Origin: Phoronis australis
Lineage: Eukaryota; Animalia; Phoronida
DNA: 64,000 bases
NCBI GenBank assembly: GCA_002633005.1
Contig: NMRA01000109.1
Coordinates: 532,624-596,623, forward strand
Reading direction: 5' to 3'
Both the position numbers and the translations under genes were made by a program. The notes below the pieces were generated by a model, which was given only the letters and a program-made list of their open reading frames with translations, was not told the DNA's origin and did not search any database. Below are positions 36,991 to 50,362 of the stretch, piece by piece (position 1 is the stretch's first letter; every line of letters starts with the position of its first letter).

Positions 36991-38560
36991 TTGTATTCAC
37001 ACGTTCCAATAGTTTATAACATTCATAANTGGCTACAGAGTCGTAGTATTTGTCACCGCGGTTTACAATCACACGAGCCGCCATTGAGGAAATCCACCAT
37101 GCTATCCCAGATGCCCCGGCAATGTTGACAATTTACGTTCCTCCGAAACATGAAGGGCAACTTCCGCTTTTCGAGGTGAAAGTCGTCGGCAACGCGGCGG
37201 TAAGAAAGACATTTGCTGCGGAAATTTTATATCAAATCCGATTCTTTTTACGCGGAAATATAATAAAATACGCGGAAAGAACATTTGAAAAAAGCGGAAA
37301 TCCGCGTTTCTGCGGAAAATTCCAAGCCCTGTTGTATTCACATGTTCCAATAGTTTATAACATTCATAAACATTATTATCTACAACACTAAATAAACATC
37401 ATACCAGTATTCTGCAGGCCACCTGGCGAGCTGGGTGGCGATGTGGAGATTTGTTTTCCTCGGCCAAACATAACTGAAAAACAGTCAGACCAGTTTGAAT
37501 GACGCCAGATAGCAAAAGGTCAACAGAACACACTAGAGTGACAAACGTATTATCAGCATTTTTACAGAAATCATACGCCACAATATCAAAAATATTTTGA
37601 ATAAATGATAACCGTCTTTTACAACATTTTACTTCGTTCATTCCACAGTTTTTACAAAACTGTGAATAAACAACATGCCATACTATCTAATGTACTAATT
37701 TACAAACACTGATAAATATTGTGCCAACAGATATGCTAAACAATGTCAAACTTGACATTATCTATAGCAGCTATGTTCCATCGAAACAGGAACCCCAGTA
37801 TCCCGGAGTCGAACACAGACTCCCACACCTTCAAAACAGCAAACCAGACCAAAAAACACCAGCCCTGACCTTTAAAACATGAACCCCGGGGATCGGACAG
37901 GACACCCGCGGACCGAAACACAACTACCGCACTTTCTGTTAAACATTGTTTGCTGAAAAATAAATCTTCCTACTTTAAGTAGTTAATGTGATATGTTGTT
38001 TTAATATGGGAATTTTAGACAACTTGTGATGGATTGGCGTTCTACGTTATGAGTCTGCTGCTTAAGTTGAGGAGCAATCTTTTGCTTCAGCTTTCAGTGT
38101 CATGAAATAATGCATCACCTATTGGCCATTTTTTCCCCAATTCTTCAATCAACTGTTCTTCCTCGAGGTTGTGTACATGTCACAACAAATTAAACAACAA
38201 TGGCACTTAAAAGTCGAGTTTGACTTTTCTCTCGGAATATGTGAAACAGGCGTGCGATCCATAGACCTAGCTTCTTCAAGAGCTTGCATGACTTCACAAG
38301 ACATCACCATGTATTGCAAGTGAAGCAGGTGATCACACTAGCTTCCTTGGCGAGATTCTTGCGCCTAAGAAAGTCTACCCAGGTTGCAGTCTTATTGTTC
38401 TTGTGATTCTAGTAGTAGGAACAATTCACTCAACCAATTTCAATAACCCATCTTCGTCGGAGCTCTGTTTGTTGTATTCTAGTTACCAGGGTGTTCTAGG
38501 GTCTGTTTTGATATCATACTATCTGCGGTACTAAGTGTTTGTTTGTTAATTATAATTTTA

Positions 38561-38571
38561 TTATTCCCTTT
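38561..38571 (-). CDS. RRM-protein gene, putative final micro coding exon (ERE*)
   Basis: Acceptor ttttataatttcag fits the phase-1 donor at 38669. Alternatively, the previous exon reads through to the stop at 38659. Confidence 0.4.
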
Positions 38572-38669
38572 CTGAAATTATAAAATAAAAAGAGAAATCG
38601 GTGAAAGCACCTTTGAGAATTAATATAATTGAATGCCATTTAGAACACTCAGTGGACCTTATAAATTAC

Positions 38670-39364
38670 CTTTTTTTATGTAACTCCGCATGGATACCTT
38701 GTCTTGTGCTACTGTTGACAGACTTGCATCACACTGCTTCTCCGGATGGACAGATTCCAGATAACACTTTGGATGGAGCACTTCCGTGTTACAATATCTG
38801 ACGTCAGGCCTTCCGTCAACCTCTGGCATCTTGTACCGCACATCACTTAAGAGGATCCGAGGCTTTGCATTCACGTCAGAGTTCATTTGTCTCCGCGAAT
38901 TGTTGCTGTTGTTAAAATTTAAGTTATTCCAGAACGTTACGGAATGCTCATCAGGATCCAACTCCTTGCGCACACTACAATTAAATGACGTTTCAGTTCC
39001 ATGTGGAGACTGAAAAGATAGTATCTGTGGCGACAATTTCGGTGGCAATACATCAAGTGGTCTCGGATACTCCTCAGCTGTTTCATTTGTGGCAGGGCCA
39101 GAACAATTCCTCTCTAGCTTGTTTATGGATTCACCATCACCACTGCTGATGGAATGTAGACTAGAACGTCTTTTGTTGGTGTGGTCTTGTACACTGGAGT
39201 TTGAACTATGTACATTTCCAGCAGTGACCAACAGCTCACAGTCTGTGGCATCTTTAAAGTTTGTGCTCCCTTTTTGCACATAATCGCTAGCAGCAGGTTT
39301 CAAAAGATTGACGCTGAAAATAGTGTTCGGAGGTTTTAGCATAACTTGAACGCAGAAAGCACCA
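38670..39364 (-). CDS. RRM-protein gene, long low-complexity exon
   Basis: Lies within the 266-aa ORF. Acceptor ccttgttttag (phase 2) is in frame with the upstream exons; donor gtaatt. Confidence 0.7.
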
Positions 39365-41326
39365 CTAAAACAAGGCACACAGAGCCTCTTGACAATGACT
39401 ACATACAGCACAAGACTAAAGTAATCAAAGAAATACCGCTTTCTATCATGACATCCCATCTTTTTAGCAAAAATGACTGGTAATAACCATTACTGTAGCA
39501 AAATTGTAATTGCAGACAGACCCAACTGCTTCACATATTTCCCTCTTAACTCCTCTACAATCTTGGCCATTAGGGAAGGCTATTATACTGATGACAAATT
39601 TGGCCTTTACCCACAGCCATAATGACACGGAATTTGGAGTCATACTTTTGGCATGTACTGTGCATGGGCAATTCCATTTGTGACGACATGCAATCAGAGA
39701 ATATTTTGATCAATTGTGAAAAATTTTCATCCTGAGAAAATAAATACACCAATTGACAGGTCTCTTTGATAGCTTTCAATGCGTCTATCAACTTTTTTCC
39801 TATCTTTTTATCTGAGAAAATTGCTTTTAAAGGGGCATGACGGATGTATACAGAGAATTTTAATTCTTGGAAAAAAAACATTCAATGTTAATTTTCTGTA
39901 AGTTGCATTTGGTTACAATTTTTTCTTTTAATACATGATTTAGTGGAATGTTTGCAAAGTACAACACACTAATTTTCTTGATGATATCTTCAGTAATCTA
40001 AGAAATTTTTATCAAACAGCTCGATGTAAGTTGAGTGAGTGTGACGAACGTGATGGAGGTACCAATTTGCCATGTTTTATATTGATATGCCATTATTATT
40101 ATTACATATTCAACACCTCTTTTAAGTCAAACTTTCAATTTTAAGAAAGGTTCATCCCTAACAAAATAACCCTTTGGTAGATTTTCATGAAACCTTTCTA
40201 CATGAAAACTTCACAATTTACCTCAAAAACACTGTTAAGAATTTTCAATTACTCATTTAGTGTTGTTTTTAAGCCAAATTAACATGCAGAATGTAAGGCA
40301 TTTTTGTAGAAGTCGTATCTGTCTATCTTATAGTGTCAAAAACTAGGAAAATCCTATTTAACAGCGTTTTTGAGATTGATGAATGAAAATTAGAAAGTTT
40401 CAGTGAAATTCACCGTCGTTTTTGAGAACTCCTGTTCCTAAGTTGAAATTAAGTCGATTTGGCGGAGCGGAGAAAAAGCATATCATGTCGTGAATCTTCA
40501 AAATCTGACAGTTACTGCTTAATTCTTCTGTGAAATCTTGTTTTTGGTCACTATAACTTATAGATACCTAAACTATTTCGACATTCACTCACAATGTCAA
40601 CTGAAATTGCCGTGTGTAGTGAACTTTAACATCACCAAAACAATTATAATAGAGTCAAGATGAATCAAGGCAGGGTAAACCAAGTACGAAATATACCACA
40701 CAAATCGACTCGGTGGTTAAATCGCATCATGAGCAAGAGATCGAAACAGCAAAATGTCAATTACCAATCAAATTAATGAATTTGGTTGAGGATGTATCTC
40801 TTTTCATAACTTGGTATATTCGTGAACACAAAAGTCACAAAGGCCAAACTCGGAGCATTCGTTCTCAACGATCATATGCATGCAGACGCATAACTCCCTC
40901 CATATCAAAACTATGTTTTGCCTTGGTTTTCCAAGGCATCTTTCTGTCCCATATATATCTCTTTAACTCAATATTATGAATGAAAGGATTGAGGGTACAT
41001 ACAGAACTGCTCTGTGCCTGGCAGGAGATTCGATTTGAGTGACAGTCCTGTAACCTTTGACCTCGGATAAGTAGCAAACAAATTTTTATACGGTTGTGCA
41101 GTTCCAAGAAAGTTCTACTAAATCTTTTTTATCCCTACATGGTATTTATTTTGTACTTGAAGTTCCCTGAGAACAAAGATAGGTATTTTGCAAGATAACT
41201 GAAATATTGTAAAAACGGCCAATTTTTGTAAATACGGTTTGAGATATCCTTAAGGTTGATATTGACTTGAGAAAGCATTAAAGACGTCCTGAAAACTTAG
41301 AAAGTCAGTGTAATGTTGTCTGATAC

Positions 41327-41407
41327 CTGCTGCTCAACCACGATATCTGTGTTATTGCAGCAGGTATACCTGCAGATGTACCACTTGAGGCTGTACTGAG
41401 AGACATG
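41327..41407 (-). CDS. RRM-protein gene, putative symmetric exon
   Basis: Phase 2/2 and open (MSLSTASSGTSAGIPAAITQISWLSS). The acceptor is weak and the exon could be skipped without a frameshift. Confidence 0.45.
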
Positions 41408-41559
41408 CTGAATTTACCAGGAAAACAATAGCCACAGAGGGGCTCTCGTCAATTCTCCCATGAACTTTTACAAAACTAAATTTTGAGCAATGTAACTGTA
41501 CAGAAATGATAAATGGAAGATACGCTATCTGCAGAGGGGGGTTTTAAATCTCCTGGTAT

Positions 41560-44293
41560 TACCATAAACTCGCGGATTAACGCCCACGCCCGGGTAATCG
41601 CCCATCCCCGACTCTGTCAATTTTCGATTTAAGCACCCATTGCTTGGGTAATCACCCATCCCCTACTTTGTGCAAATTTCCACTAAGCGCCCACCACTCA
41701 GGTAATCGCCCACCCCCAACCTACCACTTACAGAACTTGAGCTTGAACTCACGCTTTTGTTCACAGCTTCGCCACGGGTTCAGACTTCCGTGTTTGCGGA
41801 AACACAGCATGCTTACACCTGCGTACATTTGTCTCGAAAAGTACGTTTTTCAGCCGGCATTTGTGGAATAACTCAAGTGCTGCAAATACCTATTTTCATC
41901 TTATCAACTGATCTTTTGTTAAATTAATACATTCCTACTCCGTAGATTTTTATAGAAGTGGCAGTAGTAAGTCTATAGTGAGATTAGATATTGTTCAGAG
42001 ATTAAATGTGGACGCCCCCTAGTGACAAAGTGACATCATTTTTGACAACAAGTGCACAGGATACACAGAGGTCTTTTGGGTGCATAAATTGATATTCACA
42101 ACCAAATGAATGAATGTCCTCGTATCCCGGAACCACAATAGTCTTGGGTCGTGTGCTCCAAACACGCACCAAAGGCGATTTCTTTTTAAACTTACCGATT
42201 AAGTATCGATTTGTTGTCCTGATTTTTGAAAAACAATTCTCATTTATAGCTATCTATTACCACCGCCCCGGTATTCTAACTGTTGGTGAAAGAAAGAATA
42301 TGTTTAAAACCCGTACAAGCAAAAACCCACAGGGGCACTCAGGAATGCCTTTTTACCACGCTAACTTGGTGGCGACCGGGAGCATGCAGTTATTTCGTTT
42401 TCTTTCTCCGCCCTCCCCCTTGCATTTTTAGTGACATCGTCGGTAAACTCACGGTGAGAAATAATAATCTCCATCAGAATGTGACGTTATTTCCACGCCT
42501 GTCCTGTTGCGATGTATCACTATCGCATTAATGTTCAACTTGAAACAATAAAACAGTGTTCAGATACGCTGGAGATGGAGGCATTAATCCACTTAGAACC
42601 CGTAAATACACTAAATGTTTGTGCTAATAAATTGGTACGGGTGTTTTCAGTGCGCTGTGCAGCAGGCCTTTATGCAGCGTATGTCCTGGGCGTCCAAATG
42701 GATGCCCTAGCACTAATCTGGACGCCCTGGCAAGGACGCCCAATGTATCATTTGGATGACCACTGTCAATAGGAACCTTTCAAGTTTGGACTCACACATT
42801 GCAATGAATACTAGGAAGCCTCTGAAGGCTCCCAGTGGGGGCTGTTTTTTCAAAGCAGGAAGAAATATACAATGTATATAAAAAGTATATACAATGTTGC
42901 TATGCTCACACTTGGTTGATAGCATTGAAAAATCTTGGTCTACAGTTTCTTTTTAGTAAAAATGCTCACTACAGAAAGCTGTTTTGTAAACTTAAATGTA
43001 AAAGCCGTGGCCTATGCATTTTTTTGTAAAAAAATGTGTGTCTGGGGGGATTGCTGGGGGTGGGGGGTTACGCGTCGGAATCATGGACGCCCTGGAATAT
43101 TGCAAACCCCATTTTGGACACCCTATTTTTGAAATCCTGGATAAAGGCCTGCTGTGCGGCATCGTGAATGGAACTCATACATTAATAGCTGTTGACAAAA
43201 CTCAAAATATTTGCATGCTGTATCCAATGTGTACGCTGCCTTTTACCAAAGCTGTCCTGTTGATGTACGCAACTGTACTGAATATTTCATAATAAACATT
43301 AAAAAAACTGGGACGAGATCACAAGACGTCAATGAGAAAACAATAAACTTTTATTTTACAAACATTATAAGAAACATCAATGACAATACTACTGCACTTA
43401 TACCTCACAGCAGGGAAACTACCCTACTGAGGACAATGGCAGCATTGCGGTTGATGCAAAATTAGGCTTACGAATGTTTGTCTAGGTGACAAGTTTTCGA
43501 ACTACCTAGTCAAATTTTTTCGTATCAGGCGCAAGTTCTGATGCTTTTTCAAGTTCAATAGACCAAGTTTTTTGAGTGTTTAGCGAGAACAGGTAAAACT
43601 TCGATACATCGCCATGTATTTTCAGACGAAGCACATGATTTTGCTAGATTTTTCTCCTGGGTTGACCCCCATCTCATTGTAATTGCTCGCATAGTGCACG
43701 TGATTTTGATAGATTTATCTCCCGGGTCAACCCTGATTTGAACTGAGCAATTATTCACACACCCTCTCATTGTAATTGCAAACGGTCGGTCGGGAACAAA
43801 TCGTCTGTTTTTAATCCAGCGCCAGACAAACTAAACATTGAATCGAATGTTTATAGGGTTTAACCAAACAGTCGTACAAACAACACTTACAATACAATGG
43901 CGCAGGAAACGAAATCCAGTCCCGTTCACTGATCTGAAACAGTACTTGCTGACACAGTAAGTGAACCGCCATTCGAGCTTCATAAAGCTCCAAGGTATGA
44001 CATTTTGCAGCGCGCTAATATATTTGAAAACATCAGTTTTTAGCAACTTTCATGTGAAATCACCTTTTCAAAGTCGAAACCGTGTTTCTGTTTGAGCCGT
44101 GAGAAACTTTGTGGTAGTAGGGTTCAGCTGTTTGACCAAACTTACAAGTTCTGTGCTAAAATGAACACCCCACGAGCTTGCCCAGTTCCGCTAAAACTTG
44201 GACATAGTAGCCCACTGCTTGGATAATCGCCCATCCTTGTTTCAGGGTTTCCCAATTTAAGTGCCCAGGGCGTTAACCCGCAAGTTTATGGTA
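41560..44293. mobile_element. TA-flanked TcMar/pogo-type non-autonomous element (intronic)
   Basis: TIRs ta-ccataaactcgcggattaacgccc and gggcgttaacccgcaagtttatgg-ta, with subterminal gtaatcgcccatccc repeats. Confidence 0.75.
42663..43151. mobile_element. hAT MITE nested inside the TcMar-type element, 8-bp TSD
   Basis: TIRs caggcctttatgcag and ctggataaaggcctg. Flanks are ctgtgcag and ctgtgcgg. Confidence 0.8.
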
Positions 44294-44473
44294 TATTTAT
44301 CTATACATGCCCCACTGTTTACAGACGGCGTTGCTGTACATGCCAGAGGGTTTCCCCCTATTTTATTGATAGAACTGAAAAGAGGTTAAACCTGAATTTA
44401 CAAAAAACGAAGAGTGCGAACGATTAATACTAGAAGCTACTGAAAAGCTTGAAACCAAAACCCATTGCCAGCA

Positions 44474-44538
44474 TGTGTGCGTGTGTGTGCGTGCGTGCGT
44501 GTGCATGTGTGCAGGCGGGCGGGCGCGCGTGCGTGTGC
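44474..44538. repeat. (GT/GC)n microsatellite
   Basis: tgtgtgcgtgtgtgtgcgtgcgtgcg run. Confidence 0.85.
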
Positions 44539-44617
44539 AAAAAACAGATTCCAAGATAGTAACACTTGCCTTTGAAACCACCAGCCTTTAACTGACTATT
44601 ATTATAGTAGAACCTAC

Positions 44618-44753
44618 CCATTCTTAAGGATATCCGAGTACTTGCCGACGTCAATAGTTACGGCATCTGACGTATGTATGACTGGTTGGACAAGAGAGCA
44701 TTCCACCAGGTCCAGGGCTTCAATGAGGTCAACCACATCAATAACCGGGAAGT
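44618..44753 (-). CDS. RRM-protein gene exon
   Basis: Acceptor tctattcctccag, donor gtaggt, phases 1/2. Translates (D)FPVIDVVDLIEALDLVECSLVQPVIHTSDAVTIDVGKYSDILKN(G). Confidence 0.65.
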
Positions 44754-45960
44754 CTGGAGGAATAGAACACCATTTCCTGCGGCATCATTTCTGGTTGAAT
44801 GGTAGAAAGTACCACCATCTCCAAGTGGACATGGGCTTGACATTATGGAGTGCACGGTACTAAATACTAGTAGAAATAGTGCACTATGAGTAGGAAACTG
44901 ACCTTACTTGGATTATTCGAACGGGCGCGTAGCGAACTCGGCACTTTTATTTTGGTTGTCAGTTTTTACGAGTACAAATTTGAGAATACGGGTGCAGAAC
45001 ATGCCGTCATTCATATTTCCGACAGGCCTTTTTGCATGTGTCAAGTGCTGTAGACCGTCTATACGCCGGAAGCTTTTCGGCAATATATGCCTCACACTGG
45101 CTAAATCATCAAAGTCACGTCAATATCATTCAAGCATAGAAAGGTACTTTTGGAGGTCGTAAATGTCTTTAAGACCTTCCAAATCAAACAAATAATTTGG
45201 CAATTAAGATTTCTTTTCAAAATATCTCTTCAATCATCTACACTCAAAAGGTACATAAAGTAACACGACTTTGATAGTTAGCCAGGACTTGGTGTAATTT
45301 GCAGAATGTATGTATTAGGATGTGCCATCACCTAACCAAATTGTGGACCAATTATAATGTAAAATAATGATCAACACACATAAGCATACCACCGTGTGAC
45401 AAGTGCCCTACTGCATTATGGGTAAAGGCACACTGGAGTCAGTTGTCAAAACATGCCCACAGCTATCAGGGCTGTTTATACACAAGTTATTACAACAACA
45501 AACATAATTTGGTAATTCTTCAACACAACATTCGTAATGTTGCAAGACAGGAATCCAATTACATCGCCAAAAGCAATTTTACAGAACAGAATTTGGCAGT
45601 AATGTATAATTTTGTAATAGAATAGTGACGTGAGGTTTCAGTAAGTTGTCCATCATTTGTCATACAGGTCTAGTGAAACAAGCATCTATCAAGAACATGA
45701 TAGAGAAGCCATTAAATACTGAAGAGAGTGAAGTTTTCTTTATAAATTATTGCATCAATTGAGTCTGAAAATCGGTTTGTCCCGACACAGAAATCTAGCC
45801 CAAAGAAACTGACATTCTAGACAGGACGGCTACTAGGACATCATCAAGAACACGCAACAAGCATATCACCGTGACCACAGTAGCTTTTTCCATGAGTGTC
45901 TTGGAATATACGAAACTCTTCACTACAATTATCGACTTCCAATTATAATCTTCTATTTAC

Positions 45961-46080
45961 CTCCATTTGTGCACATTTCACTGTAAGCTTTTCTTAGTCT
46001 CTGAAGGTTAGCAGAATTCTCAGCTGAATTCTTTTTACTTTTGGCCAGCTTTGTATTTTGTTTCTTATTGCCTTCCTCAG
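45961..46080 (-). CDS. RRM-protein gene exon (Lys-rich linker)
   Basis: Acceptor ttgttttcag, donor gtaaat, phases 1/1. Translates EEGNKKQNTKLAKSKKNSAENSANLQRLRKAYSEMCTNG. Confidence 0.75.
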
Positions 46081-46483
46081 CTGAAAACAAAGAGTATTAA
46101 CAAGAAATGATGTTATAACCCCAAAGTAATCATCTAACTTGCATTACCCATCTGATATTATTACTGTATTATTAGATAATTATCATTAATGACATTTTTG
46201 CTTTCCTTAGCTAAAAACAACCAAAAGCACAACTAAACTGTATAAGAACTATAAGATAAGTCTTCAAAAATGTCATATCTTGGTCACATGACCTTAAAAG
46301 ATCTCTGTTCTGTCCTGACCAATTTTTCAGACTATACTTTCTTTATACAGAACCAACAAGTTGATTTATAACAATAACAACAATAACACACAACTAAATA
46401 GAATTAGTGAGGAATGATTTTATAGCTCCAAAGTAATTGTCTAACTCACTTTTGCACTGCCCCCAAGTGTCTTAAAACGAAAG

Positions 46484-46718
46484 AAAAATACTGGTCAGCA
46501 TTGTGCTGCAATGACTGTATCAAAAATACTGGTCAGCATTGTGCTGCAATGACTGTATCAAAAATACTGGTCAGCATTGTGCTGCAATGACTGTATCAAA
46601 AATACTGGTCAGCATTGTGCTGCAATAACTGTATCAAAAATACTGGTCAGCATTGCGCTGCAATGACTGTATCAAAAATACTGGTCAGCCTTGTGCTACA
46701 ATGACTGTATCAAAAATA
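46484..46718. repeat. Minisatellite, 38-bp unit x ~6
   Basis: Nearly perfect tandem copies of aaaaatactggtcagcattgtgctgcaatgactgtatc. Confidence 0.95.
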
Positions 46719-47393
46719 AGAAGAATAGTCCAGGAGTTTTCAAATTTCTAAATAGCAAAGAAATTGGCAGGGCAAATTCCATTTGTGTCAATCAGATTTA
46801 GGACCATAGTATAAGTCACTAGACTATATCATGCTCACCTTGTAGTACATGTGACAGTATATCATTCACCATTATGTGCATTTTACTGTACATTCCATAT
46901 TTTATATGATACTTCCAAATAAATCTATCTATCTAATTATCAGGGTTATGAAAATAAGCCAAACAAGAACAAACGAATGTGATGAAATGCACCCACGATT
47001 GCAAGTACTGCAAATGGTATGTTAGTGTTTTTGATATTATATGGTATACACTACAGCTGGTATAGAGCTGACTACATGTACAGTTTACTTCACAACCTGA
47101 AACTTGATTAATTACAGTTGGACATCTGCCCCGTCAACACGATCAAATTAGCACTGCATGAAGATTTATAATAGTAAAAAGAAAAACTATACTGGGAAAG
47201 TTTGAGCTCCCTCCCACACTACCTTTTCTCTCGCGCTTCTTCATCCTCATCTTTCCCCGGCTCCCTCTGTACTCCCCCTCACCTTCCTACCTCTCCTCTT
47301 TCCCCCCACTACCTCTCTCTCAAACCTCTTATTGTCCTCTTTTCTGTTGTGTTATTACAAAACACAATGTTCAACAAATGTAAAACTGCTCAC

Positions 47394-47515
47394 CCATTCT
47401 GTCAACAATGGTTAACTTAGCAAATTCCACTCGTATAACTCTCCCCTGCAAGGGCCAGCCATTCAGTTCAGTAACAGCTTTTGTACATGCCTCCATTGTC
47501 AGGAATCGGACAAAT
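47394..47515 (-). CDS. RRM-protein gene exon (RNP1 end to beta4)
   Basis: Translates (G)FVRFLTMEACTKAVTELNGWPLQGRVIRVEFAKLTIVDRM. Acceptor tttgtttcag, donor gtgagc. Confidence 0.9.
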
Positions 47516-47559
47516 CTGAAACAAAGTAAAATAATGTTCATTACAATAATCTTCAGTGC

Positions 47560-48745
47560 AGTAATAACAATAATGAAAGCGCTCCGAGGAGCGAACCTTG
47601 GCGAAATTAACCAAAAAAAATGACGATAAAGATGATGACGAAGATGACGACGATGGTGGCGAAGATGAACAAAAGAAGTAATAATAACATACACATGACG
47701 ATCGTAGAAGTCCGAAATCAGTAAGAAAAAGGCTACGGTCTTGTGCGACACTTGGCGAAATTAACGGAAAAGACAACGGCGGAGATGATGACGATGATGA
47801 CGAATATGACGATGGGGGTGGCGATGATGAACAACATCACAACATTCATATGATGAACTTAGATGTCATAAATCAATAAGAAATAGGTTACAGTCTAGTT
47901 CAATAGAAGATAAACCAACATCAATGCAGCAAGAGCGCTCAACAAAGGAACAGCGTTATCAGAAAATCTCAAATAACTTGAAAAGTAGACGCCCTAGCGA
48001 AAAATGGAAAACATCTTTTGAAAGCTCGTTCACAATTCTATCTAAACTGATGGTATCGCCTAATTCCGTAAATTTTTAGAAAAAAATGAAATTTTGTGTT
48101 TTTTTTAAAGAAATTCAAAGTCAAATAACTCGAAAACGGTAAGTCTGAGAAAAAAATTGTTACAGGCCATTTGAAAGACTATACTTCAAAGAATCTACAT
48201 GCAAAAAATCACGTCTTTTTCTGAAAATGGGTCAACATGCGCCAGATCCGCCATCTTGAAAGCAACTTCCGGTTTTTCGGCTTTGTATAATAGCATGTTA
48301 TAAGAAACTAATACCTGTAAAAATTCGAAGGAATTGGTCTGATAATACGCCCTCTAGAGGAGAAAACGTTTTTAGGCCAAAATCGAGGTGCGCATGCGCG
48401 ATCGCCGATATTTCCGCCATCTTTAACCGGAAGTGAACAATTTCCGGTATACTTGTAGCAAGCTTCTGGTCCATTCACTGTGCCGATTCTTAGCCTTTTA
48501 CGTAAAAAATTGTAGCCTCCAGAAGCATTTGAACCTTTAAATGGAAACAAAAGGGCCGCCACAGCCGCCATCTTGGATCCGATTTTGACGAAAAACAATA
48601 GGCTTCCAGTACTTCCGGAAGTACGTGTTATGTGTAAATTTCGTGATGATCGGACAAAAATTGCGACCTGTATCATGCGAACAAACAAAAAAAAAAAAAC
48701 TTAGTGGAAGAGCAACATACTTGGCGAAATTTATTTCGCCAAGGC
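47560..48745 (+). mobile_element. Helentron/HINE-like element with a subterminal inverted repeat, GAT/GAC microsatellite and 3' hairpin
   Basis: cttggcgaaatt at about 47597 and 47751; terminal hairpin cttggcgaaat-tt-atttcgccaag at about 48720-48743. Confidence 0.55.
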
Positions 48746-49181
48746 ATCAAATGGCATCATTTAACACTCTCAAAGTCAAAATGTTTCTGAATGTCGGGTG
48801 GATCAAAGAAAGACAAAACTTGTTTTGAGCATTGAAAGACTTTTTGACATCTATACTACTTCCATCCTTGAACAGGACATGTTCTGCATGCTTTGGGAAA
48901 CGCAACAAGCCTCTAGGAAGTACTGTGGCAATCAGATCCGTCCAAATGTTATGTAAGTCATAATCATCTGATGTCAGTTGCATAGGAACACATCTGCCAA
49001 CTTTCATGGACAACTTGTAAGGGCGATACAGCACCAAACGCTTCACCGGATGTCAAGACAGAGATGACGGCAACATGTGCCACATTTGTATGGGCGCATG
49101 AAAAAAAAAACAATCTATATACCAATCCTTGTTATCCATATGTTTACAGAAAAAACTACAAAACACACTTCCTTTACTTAC

Positions 49182-49270
49182 CCATATGTATAAGACTTCT
49201 CACTGGTGCACTCGGCAATAAATAATTCTTCAACATGACCACAGCCCTCAAACAAGTCGCGAAGGTGAGA
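49182..49270 (-). CDS. RRM-protein gene exon (alpha1-beta2 to RNP1 start)
   Basis: Translates SHLRDLFEGCGHVEELFIAECTSEKSYTY(G). Acceptor gttgcag, donor gtaagt. Splicing to the next exon forms RNP1 TYGFVRF. Confidence 0.9.
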
Positions 49271-50267
49271 CTGCAACATCAAACCAAAGATTAGCATGCG
49301 AGAATCCCTGGTTTCCTATTTGACACACAATATACCAGAAAGAATAGAAGGTGTCCATCCTTTAACAGTTAGCATGATGAAAACCAACCTTTTTGTAGAG
49401 CTAGCATGGTTAAGGTTATGCGGAATGTTATTGATAAGTGTGTGCATTTAGCAACGTACAGATCTACAAGATGACACAAATCAACTCATAGAAAATAGAA
49501 AGCCTGCAGTCTTTGACTTTCAACAAAAATACAGACCAGAACCATTTATGCAATTCTTTGGATTTTCCTACATTCAGTTGAAGTGCACAAAATATTTGGC
49601 AGTGGTTGCAAACCTTTTTAAGCCTGGTCTGCACGCCACCTGTTGGTCACATCACATGACCTTATGAGCATATGACTGAGTGTAAGCAGCAGCAAAAATT
49701 CACAGGACTTGGGTTCAACCATGGGTAAATGAACAGTACAATGTTGTTGGAACATCTATGAGCAGAAAACCTGACAAGATTACACCATCTAGGGGTCTAA
49801 AAGTAACCTAGAAGTCTGTGTCACAAAAGTGACTTAAGACTTATAAGACAGAAAGTTGGTCTTATGCTCGCACTTGACTATTGCTGAATAAAGATTTAGT
49901 CAAGTCATCATGAATGCATCACAGACCACAAGTTATTTCGGTAACTAGTAGTTATGCATATAGTCTCAGAGACTTAGTATTTTTGCTCAAACGAGATTTA
50001 ACTGTATTTAGATATGTTTATGAGGAGCCTAAAAACCATATTTTTGTCTCCAGTTTAAAGTACTATACACGACACACACACCAGGACTGGGTTGCATAAA
50101 ACTTCAAAATTATCCGCTGGACAAGTTTGATTGTTACGTCAGGAGCATTGTTCAACAATAACAACGTGACGCGTGATAATGCGACGTCATTGTTGCTATA
50201 CGGCGTATAACTTTTATGCAACTGGACCCAGGTGAACAAACACAAATGAGGAATGTTACGAACACAC

Positions 50268-50362
50268 CTTAGTACTGTTTACAGGAAGATTACCCACAAA
50301 AGCAGAGTACAGCCTTTTTCTCCCATTCCCAGCGGGTGAGGTCTTAGAATTGGACGGTGAAT
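50268..50362 (-). CDS. RRM-protein gene exon (RNP2)
   Basis: Translates SPSNSKTSPAGNGRKRLYSAFVGNLPVNSTK. Acceptor ttttttcttcacag, donor gtgtgt. It needs an upstream phase-1 exon that I could not resolve. Confidence 0.85.

Noticed and set aside
37030-37367. Near-identical second copy of the 36810-37028 MITE end and flank
   Set aside because: It is joined through a single n at 37029 and includes unique flank, so it is most likely an uncollapsed allelic haplotype (assembly artefact). The 157-aa and 113-aa ORFs there are spurious.
46484-46718. 38-bp repeat array
   Set aside because: There are no unique spacers, so it is an ordinary intronic minisatellite.
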